Shown here one piece after another: positions 8,402 to 17,894 of a stretch of 64,000 nt of DNA; within the stretch, counting starts at the first letter, position 1; every line of letters starts with the position of its first letter. The DNA is from a virus (Duplodnaviria > Caudoviricetes), in the IMG/VR virus record IMGVR_UViG_2850126897_000005, positions 19,416 to 83,415 of that record; one strand, 5' to 3'. The position numbers and the translations under genes were made by a program. The notes below the pieces were generated by a model. It was not told where the DNA came from, did no database searches, and saw only the letters and a program-made list of their open reading frames with translations.

Positions 8402-9118
8402 ATGCAGAATAACTCAAAAAAAATAATTATAGATAGTTTTATTTCGTTTATAGAAAACATAGAAAGATTAAGCAAAAGTAAAAATCTGGTTTTATTTAGA
8501 GGGCAGTCAGTAAAAGGAAATTTACTGCCGGGCATATGTAGAAAAAATCCTGAGATAAATACTACAAACATTGAAAAAAATAAGTTAGATGAATTAAGAC
8601 GAATGGGGAGTTCTTTTTTTATTGATTCTAATATGAATGATTGGGATTTGTTAGTTCTAGCTCAACATTTTGGAATGAAGACTAGGTTACTTGATTGGTC
8701 AAGTAATCCTTTAGTTGCATTATGGTTTGCTTGCGACGGTGATTCTGTAAAGGATAGATATGTTTATGCTTTAGTGCCTGAAAAATATTCAACGGATAAA
8801 AAAGGTCCATTTGAGCTCGGTGCTACACAAGTATTTAAACCTAATCTAAATAACCCTAGAATAATAGCACAGCAAGGATGGTTTACTTGTCATAGATATT
8901 CTAGAAAAAATAAAAAATTTATTCCCCTTGAAAAAAATATTGATATAAAAAATCAAGTAATCGAAATGAAAATAAAATCAGAATGTCTTATGGATATACA
9001 AATTTCATTAAATAGGTGTGGGATTAATAGTCGCTCTATATATCCAGATATGGAGGGGTTATGTAAATATTTAAATAGGGATGAATTTAATTTTGAGGTA
9101 AACGGTGATGATATTTAA
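8402..9118 (+). CDS. FRG-domain protein inserted between terS and terL
   Basis: FRGQ...LLPGICR...LAQHFGMKTRLLDWSSNPLVALWFAC signature; AT-rich. Confidence 0.88.
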   Translation: MQNNSKKIIIDSFISFIENIERLSKSKNLVLFRGQSVKGNLLPGICRKNPEINTTNIEKNKLDELRRMGSSFFIDSNMNDWDLLVLAQHFGMKTRLLDWSSNPLVALWFACDGDSVKDRYVYALVPEKYSTDKKGPFELGATQVFKPNLNNPRIIAQQGWFTCHRYSRKNKKFIPLEKNIDIKNQVIEMKIKSECLMDIQISLNRCGINSRSIYPDMEGLCKYLNRDEFNFEVNGDDI

Positions 9119-9164
9119 CATAAGGTATGAACTAACACTTTAAATGTCATCATATGTACATGGG

Positions 9165-9191
9165 AGGTATATCTTTTATAAAGATATACCT
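9165..9191. repeat. Perfect 12-bp inverted repeat
   Basis: AGGTATATCTTT-tat-AAAGATATACCT between FRG and terL. Confidence 0.85.
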
Positions 9192-9234
9192 ATGTTTATA
9201 TTTCATTATTAATCTTCAATACCAAGTGATAGCT

Positions 9235-10632
9235 ATGAATATCGATTTCAGCTTGTTTGATGAAGAGATCGAAAGGGAGATAGCGCGCCGCAGTTTGCAT
9301 GAATTCATTCAGTATATAAACCCTGAATACATTACAAGCCATTTCTCTCAAACAGTGTGTGATGCGCTCGACCAGTTCTTGGTTGATATGATGGACGGGA
9401 AGCGCCCTAAGTTAATATTAGGGGCACCGCCACAGCACGGTAAATCTGATATTGTTTCCCGTTATCTTCCCGCTTACTTCTTTGGAAAATACCCTAACAT
9501 GCGTGTTGGGGCGCTGTCGTATTCGTCTGATTTAGCCGGTGATATGAACACCGATGTTCAGCGAATTATGATGTCGGCTGAATATCGTGTGTTATTTCCT
9601 AAGAGCTGGTTAGGTAACAAGCCCGAGAATGGCATCGCTGTTAAACGTAACTCTGATGAGTTCGGCATTGCCAATCACAAAGGCAGCTATGTATGTGCGG
9701 GTGTTGGTGGACCATTAACGGGTAAGAAAGTTGACCTCGGGATTATTGATGACCCGATAAAGAACTCGAAAGAAGCACTTAGCCCAACGGTTAAAAAGTC
9801 GATTTGGAACTGGTACGTTTCGACCTTTAAGACTCGCTTATCAAAAAACAGCGGTGAAATCATCATGGCCACTCGTTGGGCGACCGATGATTTATCTGGC
9901 CAATTAAAAGAAAAAGCCCCTGAAACCAAGGTACTTGCATTCCCTGCCATTAATGAGCAAGGGGAAGCGTTGGTACCTGAACTTCACCCTATCGATAAGC
10001 TGTTGGAAACCAAAGCAATACTGGGTGATTATTTCTGGTCTGCGATGTATCAACAGTCACCGAAGCCGGGCGACGGTCAAATCTTCCACGAAGAGTTTGT
10101 ACGCTATTACTTACCTAAAGACCTACCTGATAAATTCGACAAGGTTATTCATAGTTGGGATATGACCTTTAAAGACAGCGACGGTACCGACTATGTAGTG
10201 GGGCAGGTTTGGGGCAAGAAAGATGCCAATGCCTATTTGCTCTATCAAATCCGAAAACGCATGAGCTTCACCCAAACTAAGGATGCGGTGAAGCTGCTAG
10301 CGGAAAAATTCCCTGAAGGTCGGCGTAAGCTGGTGGAAGACAAAGCCAATGGCCCTGCAGTTATCGACTCTCTTAAATCATCGGTATCAGGACTAATCCC
10401 CGTTGAGCCTGACGGCAGTAAAATCGCACGTGCTCATGCCTGCACCGCTGAGTGGGAGGCTGGCAATGTGTGGTTACCGCACAAAGACATTGCACCGTGG
10501 ATAGTGGAAACCGTGGAGGAAATTACCACGTTCCCGTTCGCTGGCCATGACGATACGGTGGATGCGATGACGCAGGCGCTGCGTGATTTATACCAGAAGA
10601 AAAAAGGCGGTTTCTTCACAACCAAGAGGTAA
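9235..10632 (+). CDS. terL: Terminase large subunit
   Basis: Walker A PPQHGKS, Walker B IIDDP, C-terminal nuclease SWD...HDDTVDA; start set at ATG 9235. Confidence 0.93.
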   Translation: MNIDFSLFDEEIEREIARRSLHEFIQYINPEYITSHFSQTVCDALDQFLVDMMDGKRPKLILGAPPQHGKSDIVSRYLPAYFFGKYPNMRVGALSYSSDLAGDMNTDVQRIMMSAEYRVLFPKSWLGNKPENGIAVKRNSDEFGIANHKGSYVCAGVGGPLTGKKVDLGIIDDPIKNSKEALSPTVKKSIWNWYVSTFKTRLSKNSGEIIMATRWATDDLSGQLKEKAPETKVLAFPAINEQGEALVPELHPIDKLLETKAILGDYFWSAMYQQSPKPGDGQIFHEEFVRYYLPKDLPDKFDKVIHSWDMTFKDSDGTDYVVGQVWGKKDANAYLLYQIRKRMSFTQTKDAVKLLAEKFPEGRRKLVEDKANGPAVIDSLKSSVSGLIPVEPDGSKIARAHACTAEWEAGNVWLPHKDIAPWIVETVEEITTFPFAGHDDTVDAMTQALRDLYQKKKGGFFTTKR

Positions 10633-10636
10633 TTCT

Positions 10637-12139
10637 ATGTGGCCGTTTAAAAGGCGAAAAATTGCAGAGCAGATTGCACCGCTGAAGCGGTCAGCGTTTA
10701 CCACAGATTTGTACCCTGCATTAGCAAAAGAGAATGGATTTAACGGGTTAGTTCTACCACCGCCGATGATTAACGGTGTGGGGATGGACAGTATTGATAC
10801 TTCTGTTCCTTCATTCAAAGGCGAGCAAGTTTATGGTGTGCCTGAATCGCAAGCGGCTTGGTATGCCTCGCAAATGTTTATTGGCAACAATATGTGCGCC
10901 ATCATTGCGAAACATTGGCTAGTGGATAAGGCCTGTAATATGCCTGCTCGTGATGCCATTCGCCAAGGGTATGATATTGATTGCGATAATGACGATGACA
11001 GCGCTATCAGCAAGAAGCTACGCAAGCGCGATAAAAAGTACCGCATACAGCATCATTTGAAAGAGCTTATTCACTTTGGGCGTGTGTATGGCGGCCGATT
11101 AGCACTGTTTGTTGTAGAGACATCAAACCCGAAAGAATGGTACGAAAACCCGTTTAACCTCGATGGCGTGACTAAAGGGATGTACAAGGGGATCAAGCAA
11201 ATTGACCCACAATGGGTGACGCCTGATTTAACTGATTCCAATATCCAAGACCCTGCCAGCATGGATTTTTACGACCCAACCTATTATGTGATCGCGGGTC
11301 GCAAATACCATAAATCGCACTTTATTAAGTTTGTCCCGTTCCCCGTGCCTAACGTGCTGAAGCCGCTGTATAACTATTTCGGCGTATCCGTGCCAGAGCG
11401 TATTTATGAGCGTGTCTATGCTTCAGAACGGACAGCCAATGAAGCGCCACAACTGGCGATGACCAAACGGTTATTAACTATCGGTATGGCTGACCCTGAA
11501 GGTGCAGATAAGAACACCATTCAGGAAAACATGCTTTATTTTATGGAGATGCGCGATAACTATGGCGTGCAGGTAATGGGGAAAGAGGACGTTGCACAGC
11601 AGTTCGACACCTCGTTAGCGGATTTAGACGCCACCATTATGACGCAATACCAGTTAGTCGCAGCGGCGGCAAACGTGCCTGCAACTAAGTTACTCGGTAC
11701 CACGCCAAAGGGCTTTAATGCGACGGGTGAGTATGAAGAGTCGAACTACCGTGAAGAGCTAGAAAGCGTCCAATCAAACGACTTAGAAGAACTTTTGCAG
11801 CGTCATTACGACATGTTGATGCGTAGCGAAGAACTACCACTGACTGAAATATCGGTCACGTGGGCGCCACTCGATAGCCCAACGGCGGCCGAGAGCGCTG
11901 ATATTGAGTTGAAATCTGCTCAGACGGATGCGGCTCTAGCGGCTACGGGCGCAATTGATGGGTTGGATATCCGTAAAAAACTGGCGGCTGATAAAGAGTC
12001 GAGCTATTACGGCATTGATGTGAACGAGAGTGACTATGTCGAGACGAATGCGAGTCCGAACGAAAAAGGCGAAGTGGGCAACCTCCCGCCAAGCAGTATT
12101 GAAGGGCAAACCTCTGCAGTATTCAGCAGCGCCATCTAG
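10637..12139 (+). CDS. Portal protein (DUF1073 type)
   Basis: Follows terL; about 500 aa; AAAANVPATKLLGTTPKGFNATGE motif. Confidence 0.85.
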   Translation: MWPFKRRKIAEQIAPLKRSAFTTDLYPALAKENGFNGLVLPPPMINGVGMDSIDTSVPSFKGEQVYGVPESQAAWYASQMFIGNNMCAIIAKHWLVDKACNMPARDAIRQGYDIDCDNDDDSAISKKLRKRDKKYRIQHHLKELIHFGRVYGGRLALFVVETSNPKEWYENPFNLDGVTKGMYKGIKQIDPQWVTPDLTDSNIQDPASMDFYDPTYYVIAGRKYHKSHFIKFVPFPVPNVLKPLYNYFGVSVPERIYERVYASERTANEAPQLAMTKRLLTIGMADPEGADKNTIQENMLYFMEMRDNYGVQVMGKEDVAQQFDTSLADLDATIMTQYQLVAAAANVPATKLLGTTPKGFNATGEYEESNYREELESVQSNDLEELLQRHYDMLMRSEELPLTEISVTWAPLDSPTAAESADIELKSAQTDAALAATGAIDGLDIRKKLAADKESSYYGIDVNESDYVETNASPNEKGEVGNLPPSSIEGQTSAVFSSAI

Positions 12140-12905
12140 CCGTTATCAACGTGACATGTCACGGTTAATCAGCTCAATGATTAAAGACTATGAAAACGTA
12201 TTTAGTGAACTGAGTGATGATTTTGACGGTGCCACGATGGATGCCAGCATTGCGAGTCAAACGCGAATTTGGCTCAACCGGTTAAAACGCAAGTGGGATA
12301 AAATCTTTAGTACGCAATCGAGCACCATGGCTGATAAGTTTGTTTCCCAAGTCGATATCGGTGCGCAGCGTAATTTAGATGATTCCCTTAAACAGCTTTC
12401 CGGTGGTATCACAATTAAAACTCCTGTCATGCCGGACGCGTTAAAAGACCGAATGATAGCCGCCATGGCTGAAAATGTTTCCCTGATTAAATCCATTCCT
12501 AGCCAATTTCATCAACGTATCGAAAGTGCCGCCTTGCGTTCTATCTCACAAGGAGGCGAGGGTGCGAAAACCTTATTAGATGAAATCAGGCACACTGGCA
12601 GCGTCACAGAAAGCCGAGCGAATTTTATCGCCGTTGACCAAACGCGAAAAATTACGACTGCAGCAAACTATGAACGCATGAAATCAGCGGGAATTCGTAA
12701 GGCTATTTGGCATCACTCCGGTGGAAGCGCCGAGCTGAGAGAGTGGCATCTACAGTTAGACGGTGAAGTATTTGATTTAGATAACCCGCCAATTATTGAC
12801 CCCAAAACGGGCGAGCGTGGATTGCCGGGTCAATTACCTAACTGCAAATGCTTTTGGACGCCTGTTATCGATTTTAGTGGGGAAGAAAGTGGCGAGGAGA
12901 CATGA
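12036..12905 (+). CDS. Head morphogenesis protein (SPP1 gp7 / Mu F-like)
   Basis: RANFIAVDQT and HLQLDGEVF...PGQLPNCKC motifs; start uncertain. Confidence 0.82.
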   Translation: MSRRMRVRTKKAKWATSRQAVLKGKPLQYSAAPSSRYQRDMSRLISSMIKDYENVFSELSDDFDGATMDASIASQTRIWLNRLKRKWDKIFSTQSSTMADKFVSQVDIGAQRNLDDSLKQLSGGITIKTPVMPDALKDRMIAAMAENVSLIKSIPSQFHQRIESAALRSISQGGEGAKTLLDEIRHTGSVTESRANFIAVDQTRKITTAANYERMKSAGIRKAIWHHSGGSAELREWHLQLDGEVFDLDNPPIIDPKTGERGLPGQLPNCKCFWTPVIDFSGEESGEET

Positions 12906-14158
12906 CAAAACGAACCTATGACAACAACGGCTGGCTCGAAGTGACAGATAACCCCATCTCTAAAGTTGGGGTTTTTGATTATTTGGGGGCAGAAATTGGT
13001 GCGCCAGTACCCGATAAAATCTATCGCGTATTGCGGCCACCGGAAGAACTGGCCAGCGAAGCGACAATTAACTCTTTCAAACTCACCCCGTTCATCATTG
13101 AACATGAAATGTTAGGCAAGCACGCGACCCCAGCGGAGAAAAAAGGCATTCAAGGGGTGATTGGTGAGAATGTCTATTTTGACCCTCCGTATCTTAGAGC
13201 CAATATCAAGATCTTTTCAGATGTGGCGCTTAGCAATATCGATAGCGGCAAAATCGACCTTTCACCCGGTTATCGCAGTAAATATGAATTCACCTCTGGC
13301 ATTTATGAAGGCCAACACTATGACGCAATCCAGCGTCACTTACGTGGCAATCACCTCGCATTAGTGGACGAAGGGCGAACTGGCCCTGACGTCGCTGTGC
13401 AAGATCACCTCGTTATCACTATCGACACAAAGGAACTTATTCGCATGAACGAAGAAGAAAACAAAGAGAAGCAAACTACCGATGAAGGTGCGTTTACAGC
13501 GGAGCAAGTCACTGCGCTGAAAAGCATTATTGCAGAGGTGATTGCACAAACTAAGCCTTCAACCGATGAAAATCCGGAAGAAGAAAAGAAATCCACTGAT
13601 GCTGATCCCGAAGAAGAACAAAAAGCGGAAGAAGCCGTGACAGCTGCCGAAGTTGCAGCGGAAGAAGCAACAACGGGTACACCTGAAGCGGTAGAAGCTG
13701 CCGAAGTTGCGATTGAGACTGCCGTTGAAGCTATCGAAGAAGCCAAAGAGCATCTCGACCAAGCGACCACGGATAGCTTAAACCGTCGACTCAAACGCCT
13801 AAAAAACGGCATCGGCACAATGGATGAGATTGCATCTTTAAAGCGCAAAATTAAGCGTTTGGAAGCGTCAAAACCCACCATGGACACTGGAGTGCTGTTA
13901 AAGCAAATCGGCGAACGCGATTCATTAGCTCATAAGCTGACCCCATTCCTTGGCGTATTTGACCATGCAGCCATGACCAAGCAACAAGTGGCGGAGTATG
14001 GCGTTGATAAGCTGGGTATCCAGTGTGGTAAGGGCAATGAAGCCATTGCGCTAGATGCGTGGATGCAAGGGCGTGTGCCAGATTCACAGAAAGCCACAGT
14101 GACGATGGATTCCGCGGTAAATAACCAATCAATTTTAGACAAATGGAGTGCGAAATAA
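12902..14158 (+). CDS. Prohead protease/scaffold (DUF2213 type)
   Basis: NPISKVGVFDYLG, LSPGYR and NHLALVDEGRTG motifs; acidic scaffold-like C-terminal half. Confidence 0.85.
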   Translation: MTKRTYDNNGWLEVTDNPISKVGVFDYLGAEIGAPVPDKIYRVLRPPEELASEATINSFKLTPFIIEHEMLGKHATPAEKKGIQGVIGENVYFDPPYLRANIKIFSDVALSNIDSGKIDLSPGYRSKYEFTSGIYEGQHYDAIQRHLRGNHLALVDEGRTGPDVAVQDHLVITIDTKELIRMNEEENKEKQTTDEGAFTAEQVTALKSIIAEVIAQTKPSTDENPEEEKKSTDADPEEEQKAEEAVTAAEVAAEEATTGTPEAVEAAEVAIETAVEAIEEAKEHLDQATTDSLNRRLKRLKNGIGTMDEIASLKRKIKRLEASKPTMDTGVLLKQIGERDSLAHKLTPFLGVFDHAAMTKQQVAEYGVDKLGIQCGKGNEAIALDAWMQGRVPDSQKATVTMDSAVNNQSILDKWSAK

Positions 14159-14655
14159 TGGCAATTCCTAAATCAGTGGCGCATGGCTTAACGTCTGGCG
14201 TAGTGGGTGAAATCAGCCATGCAGGGCCTATTCGTGCTGTTGCCGCCATTCTCAGCTCAGCAGATGAAAAGCAAAATATCTTCGGTCGGGCTTACACCTA
14301 CAAAGATGATTCGGTGGAGTCTGTGCAAGTGGGCGGTAAAGGGGCGTTCGCGGGGATCATGATTAGCCCGAAAGCGTATCGTGTTGAAGTGGGTTATGCG
14401 CGTAACGGTACGCAGGGTGAGTTTTTGGCAATGGGCGAGGTGTACGTCGAACTTAAGGAAGGGGTAGGTAAGATCAATGCGCCAGTTGTCTTTGATGAAA
14501 CTGACGGTTCTTTATCTTCTAAATCCGTACCTGCAGCTGGCGATCGCGTGATTGGTTTTGTCAGTCGTCACGTTGAATCCAGCGAATCAGCCCATTTGAG
14601 CGTTATTCGCTTAACGGAAATCCCATACCCAGCGGCAGTAAAGGAAGGTGAATAA
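14158..14655 (+). CDS. Capsid decoration/cement protein
   Basis: Between scaffold and capsid genes; overlapping stop/start. Confidence 0.6.
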   Translation: MAIPKSVAHGLTSGVVGEISHAGPIRAVAAILSSADEKQNIFGRAYTYKDDSVESVQVGGKGAFAGIMISPKAYRVEVGYARNGTQGEFLAMGEVYVELKEGVGKINAPVVFDETDGSLSSKSVPAAGDRVIGFVSRHVESSESAHLSVIRLTEIPYPAAVKEGE

Positions 14656-15722
14656 TGCCAGTTAGCAAGCAAAAGTTTTATATGTCTGGCCGCGATATTC
14701 GCAAGCATGGTCAACTTAATATCCAACCTAACCAACAGTGGACGTATCGCGAACTTGAGCAAATTGGTTTTGGTGGCTTGGCGTCGATGGACTCCGCGAT
14801 TAGCGGTGCGGCAATGCAAGGGGGGTTAATTCAGCGTGAAATGTTGCAACATGTTCTCCCTGGTCTGATTCGTACTGCAACCCGTGTTCGTGTGTTGGAT
14901 GAAATCACCGGTGTATTGAATGCGGGTGAATGGCACGATGAGGAAATCATTCTGAACGTGGCAACACCAACCGGTAAAGCCGAGCTCTACGGCGACCATA
15001 CCAACGTGCCGTTAGCATCATACATTCAAGACCAAGAACGCCGCGGTATCGTGCGTTTTGAACAAGGTTTTCAAGTCGGTAAGTTAGAGGAAGCGCGCCA
15101 GTCTGCAGCTGGGTTTGAAGCCGCCGCAGAAAAGCGTAACTCAGCGACAGAATCCTTAGAACAAGGGCGTGAGCGGATTGGTTACTATGGGTTTAATAGC
15201 CCTGAAACCCGTGTATTTGGCTTGATGAATGAACCGAATCTACCCGCTTATGAAACCGCATCGAAAAAATGGAAGGGCGGCACGTTTGCCGATATCACCC
15301 AAGATATTACCGATATGTTCTCGCGCATTGAAATGAGTTCAGGCGGGATTATCAAAGACGATATCGCGATCACGTTGACGTTACCGCTGGGCTATCGTTC
15401 AACGCTCAATGTCGCTAACCCTGTGGCGCGTGGTGAAACGGTGTATCAATGGGTGAAAGAAAACTATCCAAACCTGCGCTTTGTGTTCTCACCTGAATTT
15501 GTCGGGGCGAATGGTGGTGCGGATGTGGCGTATATGTTCGCAGATACCATCGATGATGGCTCAACTGCAACCAGCGCGACTATCTTACAAGTGGTACCCG
15601 TTAAGTACCAATTATTGGGTTCACAAGCACAAATCAAAGGGTATTTAGAGGATGCGACCAACGCGACAGCGGGTGTCTTTGTCACGCGCCCTTGGGCTAT
15701 CACCCGCCTAACTGGCATTTAA
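14655..15722 (+). CDS. Major capsid protein (DUF2184 type)
   Basis: 355 aa; GYYG...FGLMNEPNLP motif; followed by terminator. Confidence 0.85.
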   Translation: MPVSKQKFYMSGRDIRKHGQLNIQPNQQWTYRELEQIGFGGLASMDSAISGAAMQGGLIQREMLQHVLPGLIRTATRVRVLDEITGVLNAGEWHDEEIILNVATPTGKAELYGDHTNVPLASYIQDQERRGIVRFEQGFQVGKLEEARQSAAGFEAAAEKRNSATESLEQGRERIGYYGFNSPETRVFGLMNEPNLPAYETASKKWKGGTFADITQDITDMFSRIEMSSGGIIKDDIAITLTLPLGYRSTLNVANPVARGETVYQWVKENYPNLRFVFSPEFVGANGGADVAYMFADTIDDGSTATSATILQVVPVKYQLLGSQAQIKGYLEDATNATAGVFVTRPWAITRLTGI

Positions 15723-15743
15723 CCTGACCACTTCCTTTTTTAC

Positions 15744-15765
15744 GCCCTCAAATGAGGGCTTTTTT
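15744..15765 (+). terminator. Intrinsic terminator after capsid gene
   Basis: GCCCTCA-aa-TGAGGGC followed by T6. Confidence 0.75.
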
Positions 15766-15778
15766 ATTGGAGAAAACC

Positions 15779-16120
15779 ATGTCTCTCTATGTCTATTGCA
15801 CGTTATCCAACGATCAAAACTACTCGGTCACGGATGGCAAAGTGTTTATTGCAGGTCAAGCCAATATCATGACCAAGCATATGTATACCCCGCGTGGGCG
15901 CGTTACGGAAATCAGTGATGAGCAATACGCCCAGCTTAAAGATAACCACGTTTTTCAGTTACACAAAGAAAACGGGTTTATTAGCGTTGAAAACCGCAAA
16001 GAAGATCCTGAAAAAGTGGCTACCAATATGGAGGCTAGCGATAAGTCAGCGCCAGATACCGTGGAATCTTTGGAAGCAGAAAAACAGGAAGTCCCTAAAA
16101 CCAACAAAAAGGGTAAATAA
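15779..16120 (+). CDS. Phage virion-associated protein
   Basis: GGAG SD; lies in the head-tail joining block. Confidence 0.7.
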   Translation: MSLYVYCTLSNDQNYSVTDGKVFIAGQANIMTKHMYTPRGRVTEISDEQYAQLKDNHVFQLHKENGFISVENRKEDPEKVATNMEASDKSAPDTVESLEAEKQEVPKTNKKGK

Positions 16121-16554
16121 TGATGGAGGCGAGCACATTTCCCCTAACGTCATTTCGTGTGCTCTATCCATCGTTTAATGGTGTGAGTGATGATGACATT
16201 TATATTATTGCTCAATCTGCCCTGAACTATTTTTCGCATTGTCGCGGCGTTTGCACTAACGAACTATGGATGTTGGTTGTTGCTCATATGCTATCACTGC
16301 GAAAGTGGATTGCGGATGATGAATCCCCAACCGGTGTTGTGACTAGTGTGACCATCGATAAAGTCAGCGTGTCATTCTCTGCGCCCCCTGCGGGGTCTGA
16401 TTGGTCACACTGGTTCAAAATGACCACCTATGGCCAACAGTTCTTAGCACTGATAAAACGCTGTAGTGTGCCGCAATACATCGGTGGAGCTGGTGAACGC
16501 TCGGCATTTCGCGGTGTGGGTGGGCGATTTACGCGCGGGGGTCGATTACGTTAA
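16120..16554 (+). CDS. Head-tail adaptor (DUF4054 type)
   Basis: TTYGQQFLAL motif; synteny. Confidence 0.75.
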   Translation: MMEASTFPLTSFRVLYPSFNGVSDDDIYIIAQSALNYFSHCRGVCTNELWMLVVAHMLSLRKWIADDESPTGVVTSVTIDKVSVSFSAPPAGSDWSHWFKMTTYGQQFLALIKRCSVPQYIGGAGERSAFRGVGGRFTRGGRLR

Positions 16555-17012
16555 TGACCAAATTAGCGCAGTTAAAAGCGGTTTACGATGAGTTAGCCAA
16601 GAAACAACTGAAAGTGGGTTTCTTTGAACACTCGAAGTATCCCGATGGTACGCCCATTGCCTATATTGCGGCTATTCAAGAATTGGGTTACCCCGCCGGT
16701 GGCATTCCTCCCCGTTCGTTTTTTCGCCCGACGATGAGTGATAAAAAAGCAGAGTATGGTCAGTTAATTTTCCGTGTGGTCAAAGCGGCGGCCGCTGGCA
16801 ATATTTCCGTTACCGATGGGCTAATCCAAGTAGGCGCAAAAGCGGCTGGGGATGTGAAACTGGCCATTAAAGCGGTAACCACACCTGCCTTGGATGATTC
16901 AACGATAAAAGCCAGAGCGCGGCGCCATAGCAAAGGGAAATCCACCGATAAGCCCTTAGTCGACACAGGGCAGATGTTACAAGCCGTCAGTTTTACCGTG
17001 GAGGATAAGTAA
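16554..17012 (+). CDS. Neck/tail-completion protein
   Basis: IPPRSFFRP and KPLVDTGQML motifs. Confidence 0.7.
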   Translation: MTKLAQLKAVYDELAKKQLKVGFFEHSKYPDGTPIAYIAAIQELGYPAGGIPPRSFFRPTMSDKKAEYGQLIFRVVKAAAAGNISVTDGLIQVGAKAAGDVKLAIKAVTTPALDDSTIKARARRHSKGKSTDKPLVDTGQMLQAVSFTVEDK

Positions 17013-17380
17013 TGTTCGGAAATTTACACCGTATCGCTTCTCGATATATTCCTCAGCAAACAGCCCAGTGGTTTCGCTTTAAAAACCGTGAGCCCGATGA
17101 GCGAGGGCATGACCAAAACCAATATCATGAGCCAGTGGATATTCGGGGGAGTTGGCAAGCCGTCGATACCCAAGATGCACAATCAATGGGCTTTGATTCA
17201 AACACGGTTTATCGGCGTTTTTATACCTCCCATGATATCAAAGGCATTCAGCGCGGTACGTCCCCCGATTACCTTGTTTTTAATGGCAAGAAATATGATG
17301 TGATGGGGGATGCGGATTGGTATGAGCAGGACGGCTGGAAATCGGTGATTTGCATTGAGGTAGGGGCCTATGACGGATAA
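17012..17380 (+). CDS. Head closure/head-tail joining protein
   Basis: Synteny; coupled stop/start. Confidence 0.65.
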   Translation: MFGNLHRIASRYIPQQTAQWFRFKNREPDERGHDQNQYHEPVDIRGSWQAVDTQDAQSMGFDSNTVYRRFYTSHDIKGIQRGTSPDYLVFNGKKYDVMGDADWYEQDGWKSVICIEVGAYDG

Positions 17381-17885
17381 TGACGTTGATATTGCCATTC
17401 GCAAGCAGTTATTACGGCAGCTGGCCGAAGTCGGTATTGATATCCCTGTGAAAGCGGGTTTTCAATCCACTAAACAAGGCCGTGAAGATAATATGGTGAT
17501 GTTCTTTTCCATCAATGAAAGTGGGCATGGTTGGCAAGGTCGCAATTACAATGTCCAAGGCAACAATGCCAATCACCAAGAAACCCAATTATCGGAGAAA
17601 ACGTACCAAGTTCAGGCATTCATTACCCAATTAGGCCCATATACAGCTAATGATATTACCGCCATTGCTCGAATGGTTGTCAATTCACTGCCTTTTGTGA
17701 CCACACTGAGAAAGCAAGGTATTGGTGTACAACGGGCAACATCCGTTCGCCAGCCTTACTTTGTGAATGATCATGGCGACTACGAACAAAACCCCTCGTT
17801 TGATTTTAATGTGACGTTTAAACGCTCTCTTTTCCCTGATACAGCTGCCATAAGCGCGCTCTATCCTGATATCCACCGCATATAA
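17370..17885 (+). CDS. Tail terminator/neck protein
   Basis: Immediately before sheath. Confidence 0.65.
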   Translation: MTDNDVDIAIRKQLLRQLAEVGIDIPVKAGFQSTKQGREDNMVMFFSINESGHGWQGRNYNVQGNNANHQETQLSEKTYQVQAFITQLGPYTANDITAIARMVVNSLPFVTTLRKQGIGVQRATSVRQPYFVNDHGDYEQNPSFDFNVTFKRSLFPDTAAISALYPDIHRI

Positions 17886-17894
17886 GGTTTTACT

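Noticed and set aside
9154-9234. N-terminal extensions in the ORF track (terL, also 3471, 10583, 23679, 48244, 51267)
   Set aside because: They run through intergenic hairpins or upstream genes; downstream ATGs with better SD or coupling were used.
10637-12139. Anti-defence protein label sometimes attached to DUF1073 proteins
   Set aside because: Size and position directly after terL identify it as the portal.
13405-13887. Long antisense and alternate-frame ORFs over structural genes (also 5074-5364, 20645-21154, 43319-43801, 57608-58069, 59473-60024, 61251-61814)
   Set aside because: Shadow frames of well-supported genes with no recognisable motifs or independent expression signals.
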